From: the human T2T-CHM13v2.0 reference genome, Homo sapiens
Assembly (NCBI RefSeq): GCF_009914755.1
Contig: NC_060925.1
DNA: 64,000 bases
Strand: one strand, 5' to 3'
Shown: positions 40,996 to 56,211 of the stretch, one piece after another
Layout of the letters: each line of letters begins with the position of its first letter
Numbering within the stretch: position 1 is the first letter of the stretch
Program-made: the position numbers and the translations under genes
The notes under the pieces: generated by a model
The model's input: only the letters and a program-made list of their open reading frames with translations
Database searches by the model: none
What the model was told of the DNA's origin: nothing

Positions 40996-41186
40996 GTGTT
41001 GAGAGCACAGGCTCAGGAGCTCAGAGTGTGGACTCAGAATCTGGTTTGCCATGGAGGGGCCACTTCAGCTCTTGTGCCTCAGTTTCCCCACTGGTGTACC
41101 GGGGTAATAGCAGTGCTCACTCCACCCATGCCGTACAGATTGGACATATTCACACATGTAGAGCACTTGAAACAGTCTGGAACATA
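40996..41186 (+). mobile_element. MIR
   Basis: TTGAGAGCACAGGCTC...GTGCCTCAGTTTCCCCA...ATGTAGAGCACTTGAAACAGT. Confidence 0.75.
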
Positions 41187-42260
41187 TTTTTTTAATCAGA
41201 TTTTCAACTGAATACAGATTTCAAACTTTAATAAGATATTTTAAATATATTTAACTTAATAACCAGTAGGGAAACACCCAGCAAAAGGATGGGAAGAAAT
41301 TTATAAACACATTTTAACACGGAAATATTATTGAATGCAAAATATATGAGTAAAGTAATTAAAAATGTACATACATATACATAAAAGATGTGATCTTGTT
41401 TTAAATTCTACTGCCTTTTAAAATGGAATACTCTATTTTAGAAAACCTATTTCATTATATTTTTAAGTAGTTACTATTTGATTAAAATGCAATATATTTT
41501 TAAATAAAAAATATGCACTTTAAACAGACTATGCTGTATCTATATTTATTCTTACATTATGCAACATTGCTGCTTAAATATACTATCCATAAAATATTAG
41601 GTGCATCCTTTAAAAATGGTTTTTATTCCTTTCTTGTAACTATGTAATAGATACTGATATCCTATTGTTATAATTCAAGTACTTTATATATCAACCTCAT
41701 TTAGGCCACATGACGGAAAAAGCTATTCTCATGTTAAAAGAATTGTGAATACTTACTGACTGAATGATTTTTAACTTTGGCTTGAGTTCCTACTCATGTA
41801 ACAAAAATCACCTGCCCCATGTAGAAGTTAATTCTAATTTGTGTCTATAAAAATATTATTTATTATTAAGCAACTAACAGTTACTCTTATTACCCAACCA
41901 TGAATATCTACAGCAATAAGTGGCTGGTGACAGCTTCAGGAGGTTGAGACTGTATGAGAAAAAGACCGCAGGAATTCTAGAAATTAATTGCTTCATTAAG
42001 TCCAGACTTTAAAGGTGATTGCCAGTTTTTAAAATCTCTCCCTGAATAACCATCGAGCAGGATTCTAAGTATGTTCTAATACTTCCAATATCAATTTTCA
42101 CTGTAACCAATAGATTTCACCAAGGTGTAAGCTTAGTGTGATAATGTAAGACCCATCAGAATCTGTTGCTTGATGTCTGCAAACAAAGAATTAATGAATG
42201 TGTCAAATTCGTTACCCAAAGGGAGTATAAATTGTAACAGAACTCTACATTAATATCTGA

Positions 42261-42670
<410 letters not shown>

Positions 42671-43307
42671 CAGGCTTGCTTCTAATTATATGCTGGGGGA
42701 TGACACGAGAGACTAGGAGAGACTAGACACTTCAGCTCAGAAGCCCTTCAGACTTCAAGCTCAATATGCTGTCGTGATGATAATTTGACCTCTCCATTAT
42801 ATTTCAGTTTTACTTCCAGGACAAAAGAAAGAGTAAAACTTTAAAGTAGTCATCTTTTATTCCTACCTTACAATGTTTATCTATGCAAAATAATAGCTAA
42901 TTCCAAATAACAAATGGAAATGGATTTGTTGCTATCTCATGTGTTGTAGCAAAAGCTAAGCTAAAATACCTCTTTTTAGAAATTGATTGATTTCTTTAAT
43001 ATGGTTTCATCTAAATGGATACCAATGTCTATGAAAACATCTATGCTGTCATTTTAAATACATGACTACACCTTTGTACAGTTGTGCAAACACATTCTTG
43101 TCTTATTAGAAACAAGATGCTGCCTCTTTGTATTTCCATACAATTAACATGGATATATTCCAAAATGAATGAACAAGTTTAGCTATTAAAAAAAGAAGGA
43201 TGCACGTAGGTATATATTATGCATTCTACTAGGCATTAATTTTGTATTCTATTAGACCATCTTAGATACTGCAAATACTCTAAAAGTGTTATTTTCATGA
43301 GCAAATA

Positions 43308-43538
43308 TGTCTGTTGAGCAGCAGATCCCAAGGTGGATTTAGAGGTACAACAAATTCACTGGGATGGCGGCAGATGTCTGTGAAGGATAAAGGGGAGGGG
43401 AGTGAGAGTAGGTGGGGAAGGCCTCAAAACCACAACACAGGTGGCTCCCCAGTGAAGGGAGAGGGGAAGCAATGAAGGATGGGAGAGCCTCAGACCGCAG
43501 CACAGTTAGGAGAAAGTCTTAGCCAGGTTGATGGGAAG
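43308..43538 (-). mobile_element. ERVL LTR16-family LTR, left piece
   Basis: TGTGAAGGATAAAGGGGAGGG...GAGCCTCAGACCGCAGCACAGTT...AGAAAGTCTTAGCCAGG. Confidence 0.7.
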
Positions 43539-44638
43539 TGTATAATAGTAGGAAAAAATAAACTAACAGTTTTATCCTACTGTACCCTCAACACTCAACA
43601 CTCTCAAATGTGTAGGGAGTTTCCCCCAAGCACCAAGCAGTTCTCCAGAGGATGCTGACTGGGGGCCCTACAATTCAACTCAATTCTGACACTGTCCACC
43701 TCGAGCTAGTGGCAGATCCCACAGATGAAGGGCTTACTCTCACAAGACTCTCCCCCACTTCCAATGACAATAGCAAGTCTGAGCTTCTGGAGCTTCTGAT
43801 AACTATAAATTGGGGGTTCCCATGACCTGCTCTTTGAGGTAAATTATTTGCTAGATTGGCTCATTGGACTCCTGGAAGTGCTTTGCTTATGCTTACCCAT
43901 TTGTTAAAAGGAAACAGATGAACAGCCAGATGAAAGAGATGCACAGAACAAATTGTGGAGGAAGGGGTGAGGAGTTTCCAGGCCCTCTCCAGGCGAGCCA
44001 CCTTCCCGGCACCTGGAAGCTCTCTGAGCCCTGTCCTTTTTTTTTTCTTTTTTTTTTATGGAGGCTTCATTATTTAGATGTGAGTGATTCAACCATTGGC
44101 CGTTGGTGATCAACTCGATGTTCAGCACTTCTCGCCTTTCCAGGTTAGGAGGTGGGGCTAAAAGTTCCAATCTTCTAATCACACACTGGGGCACCCTGGC
44201 AACAAGGCCAGTGCTAAGGCTCCCTGACCCTAAAGCCATCAGTCATCTCAGCATACAAAAAGACACAGTGCTTTGGAGATTTCAAAAGTTGTAGGAGCTG
44301 TTTGCAAGGAACAGGAGAGACCAAATACAATTATATACCATATAGTGTTGTTTTCCTTAACTGCAGACTGAGATAACTATAGTGGTCCCGTAGGATTATA
44401 ACAGAGCTGAAAAATTCCTATCACCTAGTGATGTGGTAGCAGCAGCTCACTACCCGTGCATGTGTACGGGTTGGTGTAAACGAACCTACTATGCTACCAG
44501 TTGTATAGAAGTATAGCACATAGAATTATGTATAGTACATAATACTTGGTAATGGTGATATATTATTACATTACTGACTTATGTATTTACTATACTATAT
44601 GTTTTTAATTGTTATTTTAGAGTGTGGATTTTCTACTT

Positions 44639-44921
44639 ATTTTTTATTTATTTATTTATATTTTTGAGACGGAGCACAATGGCGTGATCTCGGCTCAGCG
44701 CAGCCTCTGCCACCCGGGTTCAAGCAATTTTCCTGTCTCAGCCTCCCAAGTAGCTGAGATTACAAGCATACGCTACCACGCCTGGTTAATTTTGTATTTT
44801 TAGTAGACACGGGGTTTCTCCCTGTTGGTCAGGCTGGTCTTGAACTCCCAACCTCAGGTGATCTACCCGCCTCAGCCTCCCAAAGTGCTGGGATTACAGA
44901 CCTGAGCCACAGTGCCCAGCC
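44639..44921 (-). mobile_element. AluSp-like inside Tigger3b
   Basis: TTGGTCAGGCTGGTCTTGAACTCCCAACCTCAGGTGATC; TTCTACTT on both flanks. Confidence 0.95.
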
Positions 44922-45462
44922 TTCTACTTTTTTTTTTTTAAGTTAATTGTAAAACAGCCTCAGGCAGGTCCCTCAAGGGGTGTTCCAGAAGAAGGCATCA
45001 TTATCATAAGAGATGACAGTTCCATGCATGTTCACTGCCCCTGAAGGCCTTCCAGTGAAACAAGATGTAGAGGGGAAGACGGTGATATTGATGACATTGA
45101 ACCTTTGTAGACCTAAGTTACGGTGTGTGTTTCTGTCTTAGTTTTTAACAAAAATGTTTAAAAAGTTAAAAAAATGTTTACAGATAGAAAAAAGCTTATA
45201 GTATAAGGGTATAAAGAAACCAAATATTTTTGTGCAGTTGTATCATGTGTTTGTGTTTAAGCTAAGTGATATTACGTTTGAGTCAAAAAGTTTTTAAAAA
45301 ATTTATAAAGTAAAAATGTTACAATAAGCTAAGGTTAATTTTATTACTGAAAGAAGAAAAAAATTTTAAATAAATGTAGTGTAGCCTAAGTGTAAAGTGT
45401 TTATAAAGTCTCCAGGATACTGTAATGTCCCAGGCCTTCACATCCACTCACCACTCACTCAC

Positions 45463-45822
45463 TGTTACCAAAACACCAGTCACTGGGATGACAAGCATTG
45501 ACAAGGAAGAAGGCTTTAATCGGGTGCTGTAGACGAGGAAATGGGAGGTCAGCCTCAAATCTGTTTCCCTAAGACTAGGGGTTTATATAGTGGGGAGTTG
45601 GGGGCAGTGCCTAACAGTGTGTAAGAAAACAGGAACTAGGGAGGGGCAAGGAGGCATCTGATGCCGTGATCCTGGTGAGTTTCAGTTCTTTGATACTTTT
45701 TTTGAGAGGCCTGAAGGTCCTTTCCTTGATAAAACAAATATAAATTTTAAGCCTTACCAGCAGAAGGGTCAATTTCTATGATTATTCAAAAAGAACTGTC
45801 TGTGAGAGTCGGGCTGGTTTCA
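45463..45822 (-). mobile_element. MER66-like ERV1 solo LTR inside Tigger3b
   Basis: TGTTACCAAAACACCAG...GGAAGAAGGCTTTAATCGGGTGCTG...GGGTCAATTTCTATG...GGTTTCA; 4-bp flanks TCAC / TGAC. Confidence 0.82.
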
Positions 45823-46198
45823 TGACTAACTCACCCAGAGCAACTTCCAATCCTGCAAGCTGCGTTCGAGGTAAATGCCCTATGCAGGTAAACCGTTTTT
45901 TATCTTTTATAAGGAACTTTTAGTGTACCTTTTCTATGTTTAGATACACAAGTACTTACCATTGTGTTACAGTTACCTACATTATTCAGGGCAGTAACAT
46001 GCTGTACAGGTTAATAGCCTAGGAGCAATAGGTTGTATACCATATAGCCTCAGTGTGTAGTAGGCTACACCGTCTAGGCTTGTGTACATCCACTCTACGA
46101 TGTCGGCGTAATGACAGAATCATCTAAGGAGGCATTTCTCGGAACGTATCCTGGTCCTTAAGTGATGCGTGACCGTATGTGTTTCTTACAATGTCACG

Positions 46199-46445
46199 GG
46201 AAGTTTCCATGCCAAAGTAGTGTACATGAATGGCCCAATTGGGGTACCCTGCCATCCTTGATCCCTGGATGAGGGTATCCAGGGTGCAACATTTGGAACT
46301 GGGGCTGTGGAAGAGAGTGTGGCCTGGCATGAATGCCACACTGGATCAAAAAGTACAACAGCTTGAGGCTGTCAGGCAATTGCCCTTCCCCAGAGCATGT
46401 TCTAGTGAAGAGAGCTCTGAGCAGAAACCACTGTGGCCACTGTAC
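46199..46445 (-). mobile_element. ERVL LTR16-family LTR, right piece
   Basis: GTGTGGCCTGGCATGAATGCCAC...CAGCTTGAGGCTGTCAG...GAAGAGAGCTCTGAGC continues the 43308-43538 piece. Confidence 0.7.
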
Positions 46446-46719
46446 TGACCCAAGTATAAAAACTAAACATACCTTTCTTCCACAGGAGCTGCACTTGACA
46501 GCTTATCTACCTCTAACATCTTTACTATGTACTTGAAGATGTACATGTCCACTTTGTGGTCAGGTGTCTTAAGCCTCAGGCATTCCAGTTCTGAGGGAAA
46601 GCCATAGATGAAACAGCTTGTTGCTGTCATTCCCCGGAAATCCTCAGCCAGATGCATCTTTGACGTTTGCATCATCCTTTCTCAGGTCAAACCAGTGAAA
46701 CCATTGGAATCTACACTCA

Positions 46720-46918
46720 GGTCCCTATTGGCCCCTTTCTTTGTATGGCCATAGGCAGGTTACTTAACTTTTTAAGCCTCCATTTTCGCAACTGTAAACT
46801 GGGAATAATAATAGAGTCAAGGGCTGAAAGTGAGGATTTAATGAAAGAACACATATAAACCTCTCAATATGATGCTTGACATATGCTAAGCAACCTAAGA
46901 TATTAGCAGTTTTTATTG
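46720..46918 (+). mobile_element. MIR
   Basis: GGCAGGTTACTTAACTTTTTAAGCCTCCATTTTCGCAACTGTAAACTGGGAATAATAATAG. Confidence 0.85.
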
Positions 46919-49489
46919 GGATTGTAGTTTTTTAGTGTCCTTGTGTTATCTATACAGTTTACACTCCAGAAAAAAAACAGATTGTTATATACGTGTCTTC
47001 TATTTGTGTTGGCAGGCTTTATTTTGAGAGCTCCAACTATGTCCTTCAATTTAATATGTATAGTATAAATGAGATCAGAGCCCTATAAAGCATCAAGTTT
47101 GGTACTTTCTTGTCTAGTGCTTTGGATTTTAAATTTGAGGTTTTGTCTATTTGCAAGCAAAGCCATAGTTCCATAGTGTGCACTAAGCTTTCATATTCCC
47201 CAGGGACAAAAATAAACGTTGAGGGCTTTTGAGTGGATAAAAGCAAGCAAGTTACCTGTCTAGACTGAGGCCAACACACTCATGCTTCAGAGGTGCTCAG
47301 TTTCAGAATCAAGAAGTGATACATTTGTTACTTTTGTTTCATAAAATTATTAACTGCTTGATAATGCTTTTGAAGGATATGAGAAAAATTAAAGTGGTTT
47401 AAGAAGGAGATTATAAACTAATTTAAAGGATGGACTCAAATATGGTTTATGATGTGGATCCAAACCAAGTAACTTGTGAAATGGTTTCATCACTTGTTTC
47501 TGTCCATGAAGGAAGTTGTTTCTTATGGGAAGGTAGAAATTTGTGGGCTTCAATTCAGTCTCAGTTATGCCGTACTTGTGTTGTTCAGGAAAGTACGTGC
47601 CACAGGCCACAGTGATAGCTGAAGAATTGTAGCTGAAGAAAAAAAAAAGTGTTATCAAGAAGCTTACATTATACTTGGGAAAAGAAAGGAAAAGAATACA
47701 TAATACGGGAGAGTACATAAGAAAAGAGTAGAATGTATGGTATGTTAGGTGGTGGCAAACGTTATCAAGAAAAATGAAACCGAGAAAAGGGCCTCGTTTT
47801 TAAAGTGACAGAGGTAACCATAAACTTTTATCTATTAACTATCTACTTCCTAATGAACAGATGTGACTGTGTTTCCAGGCATACTGAAGCCACTGGATAC
47901 AAAAGCCCATATTTTTAAGATGACTGGCTGCTGTGTTTCGGGAAGTGGTGGGTGTCTAGGAAGCAGAGCTAAATGTGTGATCAGGGCTGTATTGGTGTGG
48001 TTTCAACTAAGAAATAGAGCAGATTGCAGATAAAAAGAAATATATTGCTTATACCAAAATGGAAGTCCCTACTATCTTAGTACTAAGCTGATAAATTTAA
48101 ATGCTGAGTATATTTAAAACTAATGTAGGAATGAAGATATATAAAGTAAAGCATAATAATTATAATAATAGGGCATATTATGCCTAAATTCCATAAGGTA
48201 TCATCAGTGTACAAGCTTTATAACCCAAAGCATTTGATTCTTGAATGCATTTTGAAGGAACCTTCAAACTTCATAAATCTTTGATTTGAAAGATACTTCT
48301 TTTTAACCTGCATTAGTTTTCACTGCATAAGATCCTCATCAGAAACATTAAGGAAATTGACTTGGTATTGTTATGGGCATAATGATCCAGACTCAAAACT
48401 CTGAAATAGAACTCTGTACTTTGCTGCTCATCTGAATGCAGAAAGAAGAAATGGGAGACCCCCCCCCATCAGGGTGGAACTCTTCCGGCTACTTGCACCT
48501 TAGATGTACAGGTCTTACTTACTCTCATTATAATGAAATGGCACATTGTATTGAACAAAGCTGTAGGGGTCTTTTTAAAAGAATTATGTTCACTGTAGTT
48601 AGGGCTCATTCTCCACCATTAACTGCTCTTCTCCCACAAGTGGTCAAGGTTTCTGGATTTCCTGTGACACAGGAAGAGGTGGACAGGGGATTTTGTAACA
48701 CAGACCAGTGGCTAGAAAGATATTTCCAAAGAAGTAGCATGAAGTTTAACCATCATCTTGAATCTGGAGTCCTTTTTGTCCCTAAATCTAAATGAAAAAT
48801 CAAGTACCTATTTTCAAATAACAGTCATAATTAAAGCCAAGAAAAAAAACATGTAAAAATCATTTATATTCGTTTTGCTACATTTTCTACTTATATTTTA
48901 ACAAAATATGGCTGAAAATACATTGGATTTAAAAGTAACTGTAAGGACCTATTTAACCCTCTTAAATTTCCTTCTACCCTGTCTAAAGGAGTCTTCAAAG
49001 GAATGTATATTATTATTATTTACATTTCATTTGCTTTCCATATTAATATCATCCTTAGAATCCTTAACTTGCTTTAAGCACTAGTTTGTAAGAAGAATGG
49101 TTATAAGTATAAAAGTGAGTTCCACTGAATGCTATACATCTTCAATTAAGATTGATAATTATACTTAAATGAAAGCAACATTCATTAATAGATATGGTTT
49201 TATTTTCATATTTAGAGAACCTTTTTTGGAGTGACAGGATGGGTAGTTCTCTGAGGTTCTTCTTCTCTAACCTAGAATTATTTTAACACAGTTGATAGTT
49301 TTGTCTACCAGTGCCATAAAGCAAATCTTAGTGGTGAGAGAGCTTTTGACATTTTCTCCAAACGATTCTTATTAAAAGTAATGTCCACATACCCTGAAGA
49401 AGTAATGTAAATGCATTAACAGATGGGATTTTGAGATTAGCTAGCTGTCTCCTAAAAGTTGTCAACATTTGAAGTATTCATTTTTATTT

Positions 49490-49690
49490 AATAAATAATG
49501 ATCACGCATTAACTCTGTGTTAGGCCCTATTCAGGGGCTTTACCCATACTAATTTGACTCTGCAAACAGCCCTCTGAGGAAGGTACCAAGGGAGAAATCA
49601 AGACACAGAATGGTTGTGTAACTTGCACAAAGTTACATGGCTAATAAATGGTCAAACTGAGATTGAAACAATCATAGTCCGGCTCCAGAA
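49490..49690 (-). mobile_element. MIR
   Basis: AACAGCCCTCTGAGGAAGGTAC...GTAACTTGCACAAAGTTACATGGCTAATAAATGG. Confidence 0.75.
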
Positions 49691-50164
49691 CAGGTTCTGA
49701 AGAGGAAATGTGCCTGGAACAGGAGACGCGCTGGACATTTATCCATTAGCTTGTAAGAAAGTGTAAGGAGTATGTATTGGGGAAGAATGGAAAGGCCAAA
49801 CATAAAAGGGACCAGAGTGTAAAGAGTGGACCTTTTGTACTTCTCTGCCCTTTCTTGAGTATGGGCTTCCACTCCTATTTTTTTTCCCCCATCATAATTT
49901 AAGGATTGATGCTTGCTGCTAAGAAGTTCCAGGGTATTAAGAAGAATGCTAATGACACCTTCTCTATTAGGAGATAAATTTGCTACCAAACTCCATCCCA
50001 GAATGATTGGTATCCAGTGAAACTAGTAGGTTGTTTTTAATCCAAGGTTGCATTTATATTTTTTTTCTCCTTTATTATTGCTTTGAGCAATTCTCCTCTT
50101 TCTATATTATTCATCCTTGTATCTAAGGAAGACATTATTCCTTAACCCACTATAATTCCTGTCA

Positions 50165-50560
50165 ATTAAAAAAATCTACACACCTTCTTCCAAAGATAAT
50201 TTAAGGTGATTTTCAAAATGACATAAAGTACAACACGGTAAGATTAAAGTAGATAAGGGAAATAATGATATAAAAATTAGCAGAAGCTAACAATGAGTTA
50301 ACACTATCAATTTTCATGTATACTTAGAAGTGGTGGGAAACAAATGAAATTATAGTCTTTCAGTGATCAACACAAAAAAATGAAAATACAAAATAAAATG
50401 TAGTGTTCTTCAGGTTAGGAAAGATTCTTAGACAAATGTATAGTGATTCCTATGCTTCAGAGAGAAACTTCCATAGTTCCTCATAAAGAGACATTGTGTG
50501 AAGTAATGAGTATCATCTGCAATACAGCAAACACAAAAGTGAAATTCACTGGACTTTCTT
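50165..50560 (-). mobile_element. Possible L4 (RTE-X) ancient LINE fragment
   Basis: CTTCCAAAGATAATTTAAGGTG and GAGAGAAACTTCC...TCCTCATAAAGAGACATTGTGTG resemble recalled L4_Mam 3' motifs. Confidence 0.35.
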
Positions 50561-52659
50561 AAAATGGCCTCCATTGGGATCTATAGCCTAATATTCAAGA
50601 AAAATACAACAAAGCAGTTCTTCTAAGAGCCAACATGACGGGGTCCATGTATGCAGCTCATTATTTTGGCTTGATTCAAGAATGAGATTTAGTGGATTTG
50701 GAGAAGAAAGTTCAAGGCTATATTTTCTGACAAATGCTTCAAGTCTAGATATCATGTGCCAATGAATAAGGAGAGATTTATATGGGTTATAGGTTCTGAT
50801 CCAGATTATATTTAAAATTAAATGCGCTTTTTCCCCTTTATAGTATAATGAAGGCATTATAACTTAGAAATCATATATGAATCCTTCTGAGAGTAGATAT
50901 CAACTGCTGCAGTTTTTGGTCAATATACATAGAAGATGGGGTGTTTGAATCTCAAGCTAGCTCAGGGGGAAATAATTTAAAGATGACAAAATTTGCAAAA
51001 GCTGATTCTATTTATTTATTTATTCAAATTACATTGTGGGACAACTGGTGACTGGCTTTCTTTCTACTTTCCTTTATGGCTCCTTTACGTGTATCTTCCT
51101 TCTGTTATGTGTATGTTTAACACAGATTCTGTACAAGCAAATCTTAATGTGCTTATGTGCGTGCCTCCATATACGCAAAGAAAAAAAAATTATCATTCTC
51201 TTGACAGGATGAGCTCCCTGGTGGTCTCTCTGGTTGATTTGCAATGTAATTTGACCCAGCAAATGCAAACATGGGCCCTTTCTCCCTGGAGATTTCTAAT
51301 GTCATCTTCTATCCCCATTTTTCTACCTGTTCCTCACCACCGAGGAACGTGGACATCAGGACGTCAGCATATTCCATCTCCTCCTGTCTCCTCTGGGGAC
51401 ATGTTGGTTGGTTACATTCTGCCCTCCTTTCCTTCATCATCTCCCTTCTGACTAGCTCTCTTTCCCCTCAGCATTCTCAATTCTCTCCCACTTTCAAAAG
51501 CAAATAAATGAAGTGACAGGAAAAAATGACCGTCCAATGGCCCTGTCCTCTGGCCTCTCCACCCTTGGGTAATACCGCTTCTCTCAGCTGGATATAAATA
51601 CTATTTCTAAAAAATTATCTTTAATTTACTCATGGGCTGAGTTTCTGTTTCCTGCATTCATTTAAATGTTACATAATTGTAATTTTTTATCTTTTTCTCT
51701 GAAACATAAAATGTCTAAGTGCTGAGTTTGCTTAAAGTGAGAATTTCGGTGATTTGGAGATATTTACTAAATTTGAAAACTGAGGATACATTCATTTTAT
51801 TATTCCACAAGCAGTTTTATTTGAACAGAAGTATTTTCCTTTTCATTATATAAATTTGGGAGCAAGTAGAAAATGTCCCTGGGTTATACCAGGTTAGTCA
51901 TATCCACGAGAACCAGTTTTTGTTATCCAAAGTTGATAGTATGTTTCAAAAGTCATGATTCTGAATCTTAATGCTCAAAAGGAAAAAAAAATTTTTCATA
52001 TTGTTGTTCTTCTGCCAGAACATAAATACTTTTCTGTTTTGTTTTTATAATATAATGCATCCCAGGGATGTAAAAAACAGAATTTCAATTTGTACCTTCA
52101 CACTTTTACAGCTGCCTGCAGGGTACGTGTAAAAATAATTTGACTAGAAGTTAACTTTTCTGGTAGATTAGGTTATCAAAATGATGATTAATATCAAATT
52201 ACCTACAAATACTATAAAAGAGATAACTTTAGAATTTGTAAAATAAAGTCTTAGATTTACTTTTTGTACATACAGCATGTTTGAAGCTACAGGTAATTTT
52301 GTGAGATTTTAGCGTCCTAGCTCAAGTTTACTTAACAACTGTTTCTGCAGCTTTTTCCTTGATGCTTCACATTATATTAGCACACAGTTTTAAAATTCCA
52401 TAGTGGGAAGTACACTTACACTGTTAGTGCAGACATTTTAGAGAATCAATTTCGGACATTTGTTGTTATATAACTCCTAGTTCAACTGGACAGAATTAAT
52501 TCTCTGATCACCAGTCAGCAAATATATGAGGGGGAAGAATTTATAAGCCCTAATTTCTAGAAAAGGCAGTTTACTTTATGTAGCTAAAATGCATGGCTAC
52601 ATTTTTATATTAAACCAGACTGTGTATAACTAACTAATCGATTGAACAACACAGATAAC

Positions 52660-52785
52660 AAAGTGAGGAATAGTCACACCTCCTTATAATGGTTTTGAGG
52701 ATGAGATGAATAATAGTAAGCAGCTAGCACAGAGTTTGGCATATTATAGATACAGATAGAGTGAATACATGAATAAATAACCAGT
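52660..52785 (+). mobile_element. MIR/L2 3' fragment
   Basis: GGTTTTGAGGATGAGATGA...AGCACAGAGTTTGGCATA. Confidence 0.55.
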
Positions 52786-53312
52786 GAGTATATTAATATT
52801 GGAATTGTATGAGGCATTATTTTCAAACCAAGGTCAGAATTTTTTGCTAGATGTAATCTAATTTTCATGCATTTTCTTGGTGAGTCTGAAAGGGTATGCC
52901 CTGAATGACTTTCCTGACAATATTGCATCCTCATTCTCCTTATCCCTCCTTGCTCATTCTTTTGCCCTTTTCCCCCAGGAACTGTGCACCTCTGCCGTCT
53001 CACTCTAATTCTGTGCTGGACTCAAAGCCCCCTGGATGAGCTTTTGGAATCTAAGATGTCTTAGTTTTAACCTGTCACTGCTGTCTTGATCTTTTTTATT
53101 TCTTTTTAATGACATTTTATTTTTTCTAATTATTCAATTGATACATTTTCAAAGGAAATTGTGAAAATACAGGACTATGTGAAGAAAGGAAATAGAACTC
53201 ATAATCCCCATAATTATTAACTGTTAACATTTAGGTATTTTTCCTATCTTTATTCTTTCTCTTTTTCTTCTAATACATTTTTAATTCATTTCTAATACAT
53301 TTTTTCTAATAC

Positions 53313-53520
53313 ATCATTGTTGACTATAGGTAAGATGTGATATGGCAGATGTCTGCAACTTATGCATCTTGCTTAACTGAAACCTCATGCTCATTGATTG
53401 TCCCTCCCCATTTTTTCTCCCCGCCAGCTCCTGGCAACCACCATTCTACAATTTTATTCTATGAATTTCAGGATCTTAGATACCTCATATAAATAAAATC
53501 ATGCAGTATTGGTCTTTCTT
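53313..53520 (-). mobile_element. L1MA (8/9-like) 3' UTR fragment
   Basis: TAACTGAAAC, CCTGGCAACCACCATTCTAC, TAGATACCTCATATAAATAAAATCATGCAGTATT. Confidence 0.85.
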
Positions 53521-53528
53521 AAATATTA

Positions 53529-53924
<396 letters not shown>

Positions 53925-54147
53925 TTATTTTGCCACTTCTCATCAGCATTCATTCTCTGTTTCTGTCTGGCTTTTCTACCTCCTATGGTGAACCTTACTT
54001 CCCGCGACTGGGAATTCGTTCTAGCCTCCATTTCCATGGGGACATTGCTCTCTTGCCTGGAACGCCCTCTGTTTCGTCCCCAAAGTCATAAACAACCTTA
54101 CTCTGCTGCCATATAAGCATACTTGAAGTTTGGTGTTTACTTCTAGG

Positions 54148-54385
54148 TGTGATGGATTGAAGGCACAAATTATTTGACATTCTTCCCATGAAGAGGTGAT
54201 GTTGGTGTCCCCTACCCTTGCATATGGGCAGGCTCTGGAATGTTCTGAGATAGAGCAGGAAGGATACTGGACCAATTTCCAGTCCTGGGCCTCATGTGAC
54301 ATGCAGTTTCTGCCTTCTTTCTCCTGGAGCTCTCATTCTTGACGTGCCAAGCCACCCCATAAAAAGTCTGACTACCCTGAGGTGG
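54148..54385 (+). mobile_element. MaLR LTR 5' part (MLT1G/H-like)
   Basis: TGTGATGGATTGAAGGCACAAATTATTTGACATTCTTCCCATGAAGAGGTG...AAGTCTGACTACCCTGAGG. Confidence 0.75.
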
Positions 54386-55311
54386 TCCTGTTCTCTTTTA
54401 TTAAAGAAAGGACTGTCATGATTCCTGTCTCTTATTTATGTTTTCGTTTGAGATGTTCCCTGTGCTTCCTAAAAGAAGAGGTGTAATTAATATCTAGTGT
54501 AGCCTTGTAAGTCCCTGAAATATGCAGAATGGATAAATAAAAGAGAGATGAGCCAAAGTCTCTCCATGGAGAATTCAAAATCTGTGCCTCCCATTTGATT
54601 TATTTTTCAAAAATCTAATTCAATTTTTTAGGGGTCTACAAAATTTTCTGTGTAAATGTCTAATAATAAGATTAAAATATAAAATGGAGATATGATGTTT
54701 TCTAAGCTTTATTTAGACAGTGAGCAAATCTATTAAACACGCATGGATAGGCCAGTCCAGCTGATGTACAAGGTTTCCATCTCTCAGTTCACAGAGAGCT
54801 TATTCTCTGTGCTCTCTGGGGGTAAGTGAGGTAACAAGGAGAACTTTCTGGGCTTATGAGATAGCAAAGAAAAGCAAAAATCTGGAAATGGCATGAGATA
54901 TTTATAATCTGTTAAGTTAATCTTTTTGGCTACAACATAGGATATGTGTAAAGAAAAATTCAAACTAAAATTATAAGGATGAAATAGGACTAAAGAGTCT
55001 TGAATGATAGGGTGAAGAGTTGAAATATTCCTCCATAGGCAGAGCAGTTTTTGACACAGCCACGCAGTCAGTTTAGAAAGATTGGATGTGGTGTTGGCAG
55101 TGGTTTGCTCTTTAGTTTCTCTGTGTTGGGGTCTTGCCTTTGTTTGCCATCACTGACGTCGGGTTTGCCTTCTCTTCCATGGCCAAACTAGGAACTGGGT
55201 AAGGTGAGGGGTCACTTTCTCCACTTTCGTATCTTCGTGGTCACATGATTTAGGTTCAGGTAATTCCTTATCATATAATTCCGAACTTTTGAGTCTGAGT
55301 GCTAAAGCCTC

Positions 55312-56152
<841 letters not shown>

Positions 56153-56211
56153 TATTTCTGAAAAGAAGTATTCTTAATTTTCAATTATTATGTATTATAA
56201 TATTATAATAA

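Larger units (their letters stand above)
44328..46175 (+). mobile_element. Tigger3b (Tc1/mariner), interrupted by Alu and MER66
   Basis: GAGCTGAAAAATTCCTATCACCTAGTGA, AAAACAGCCTCAGGCAGGTCC, GCATTTCTCGGAACGTATCC; TA on both sides. Confidence 0.9.
43539..46198 (-). mobile_element. MER21-family LTR (43539-44327 plus terminal remnant 46176-46198), interrupted by Tigger3b
   Basis: CAATTCAACTCAATTCTGACACT, GGCAGATCCCACAG, ATGGAGGCTTCATT, AGCATACAAAAAGACAC; GGAAG TSD at 43534-43538 and 46199-46203. Confidence 0.82.
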
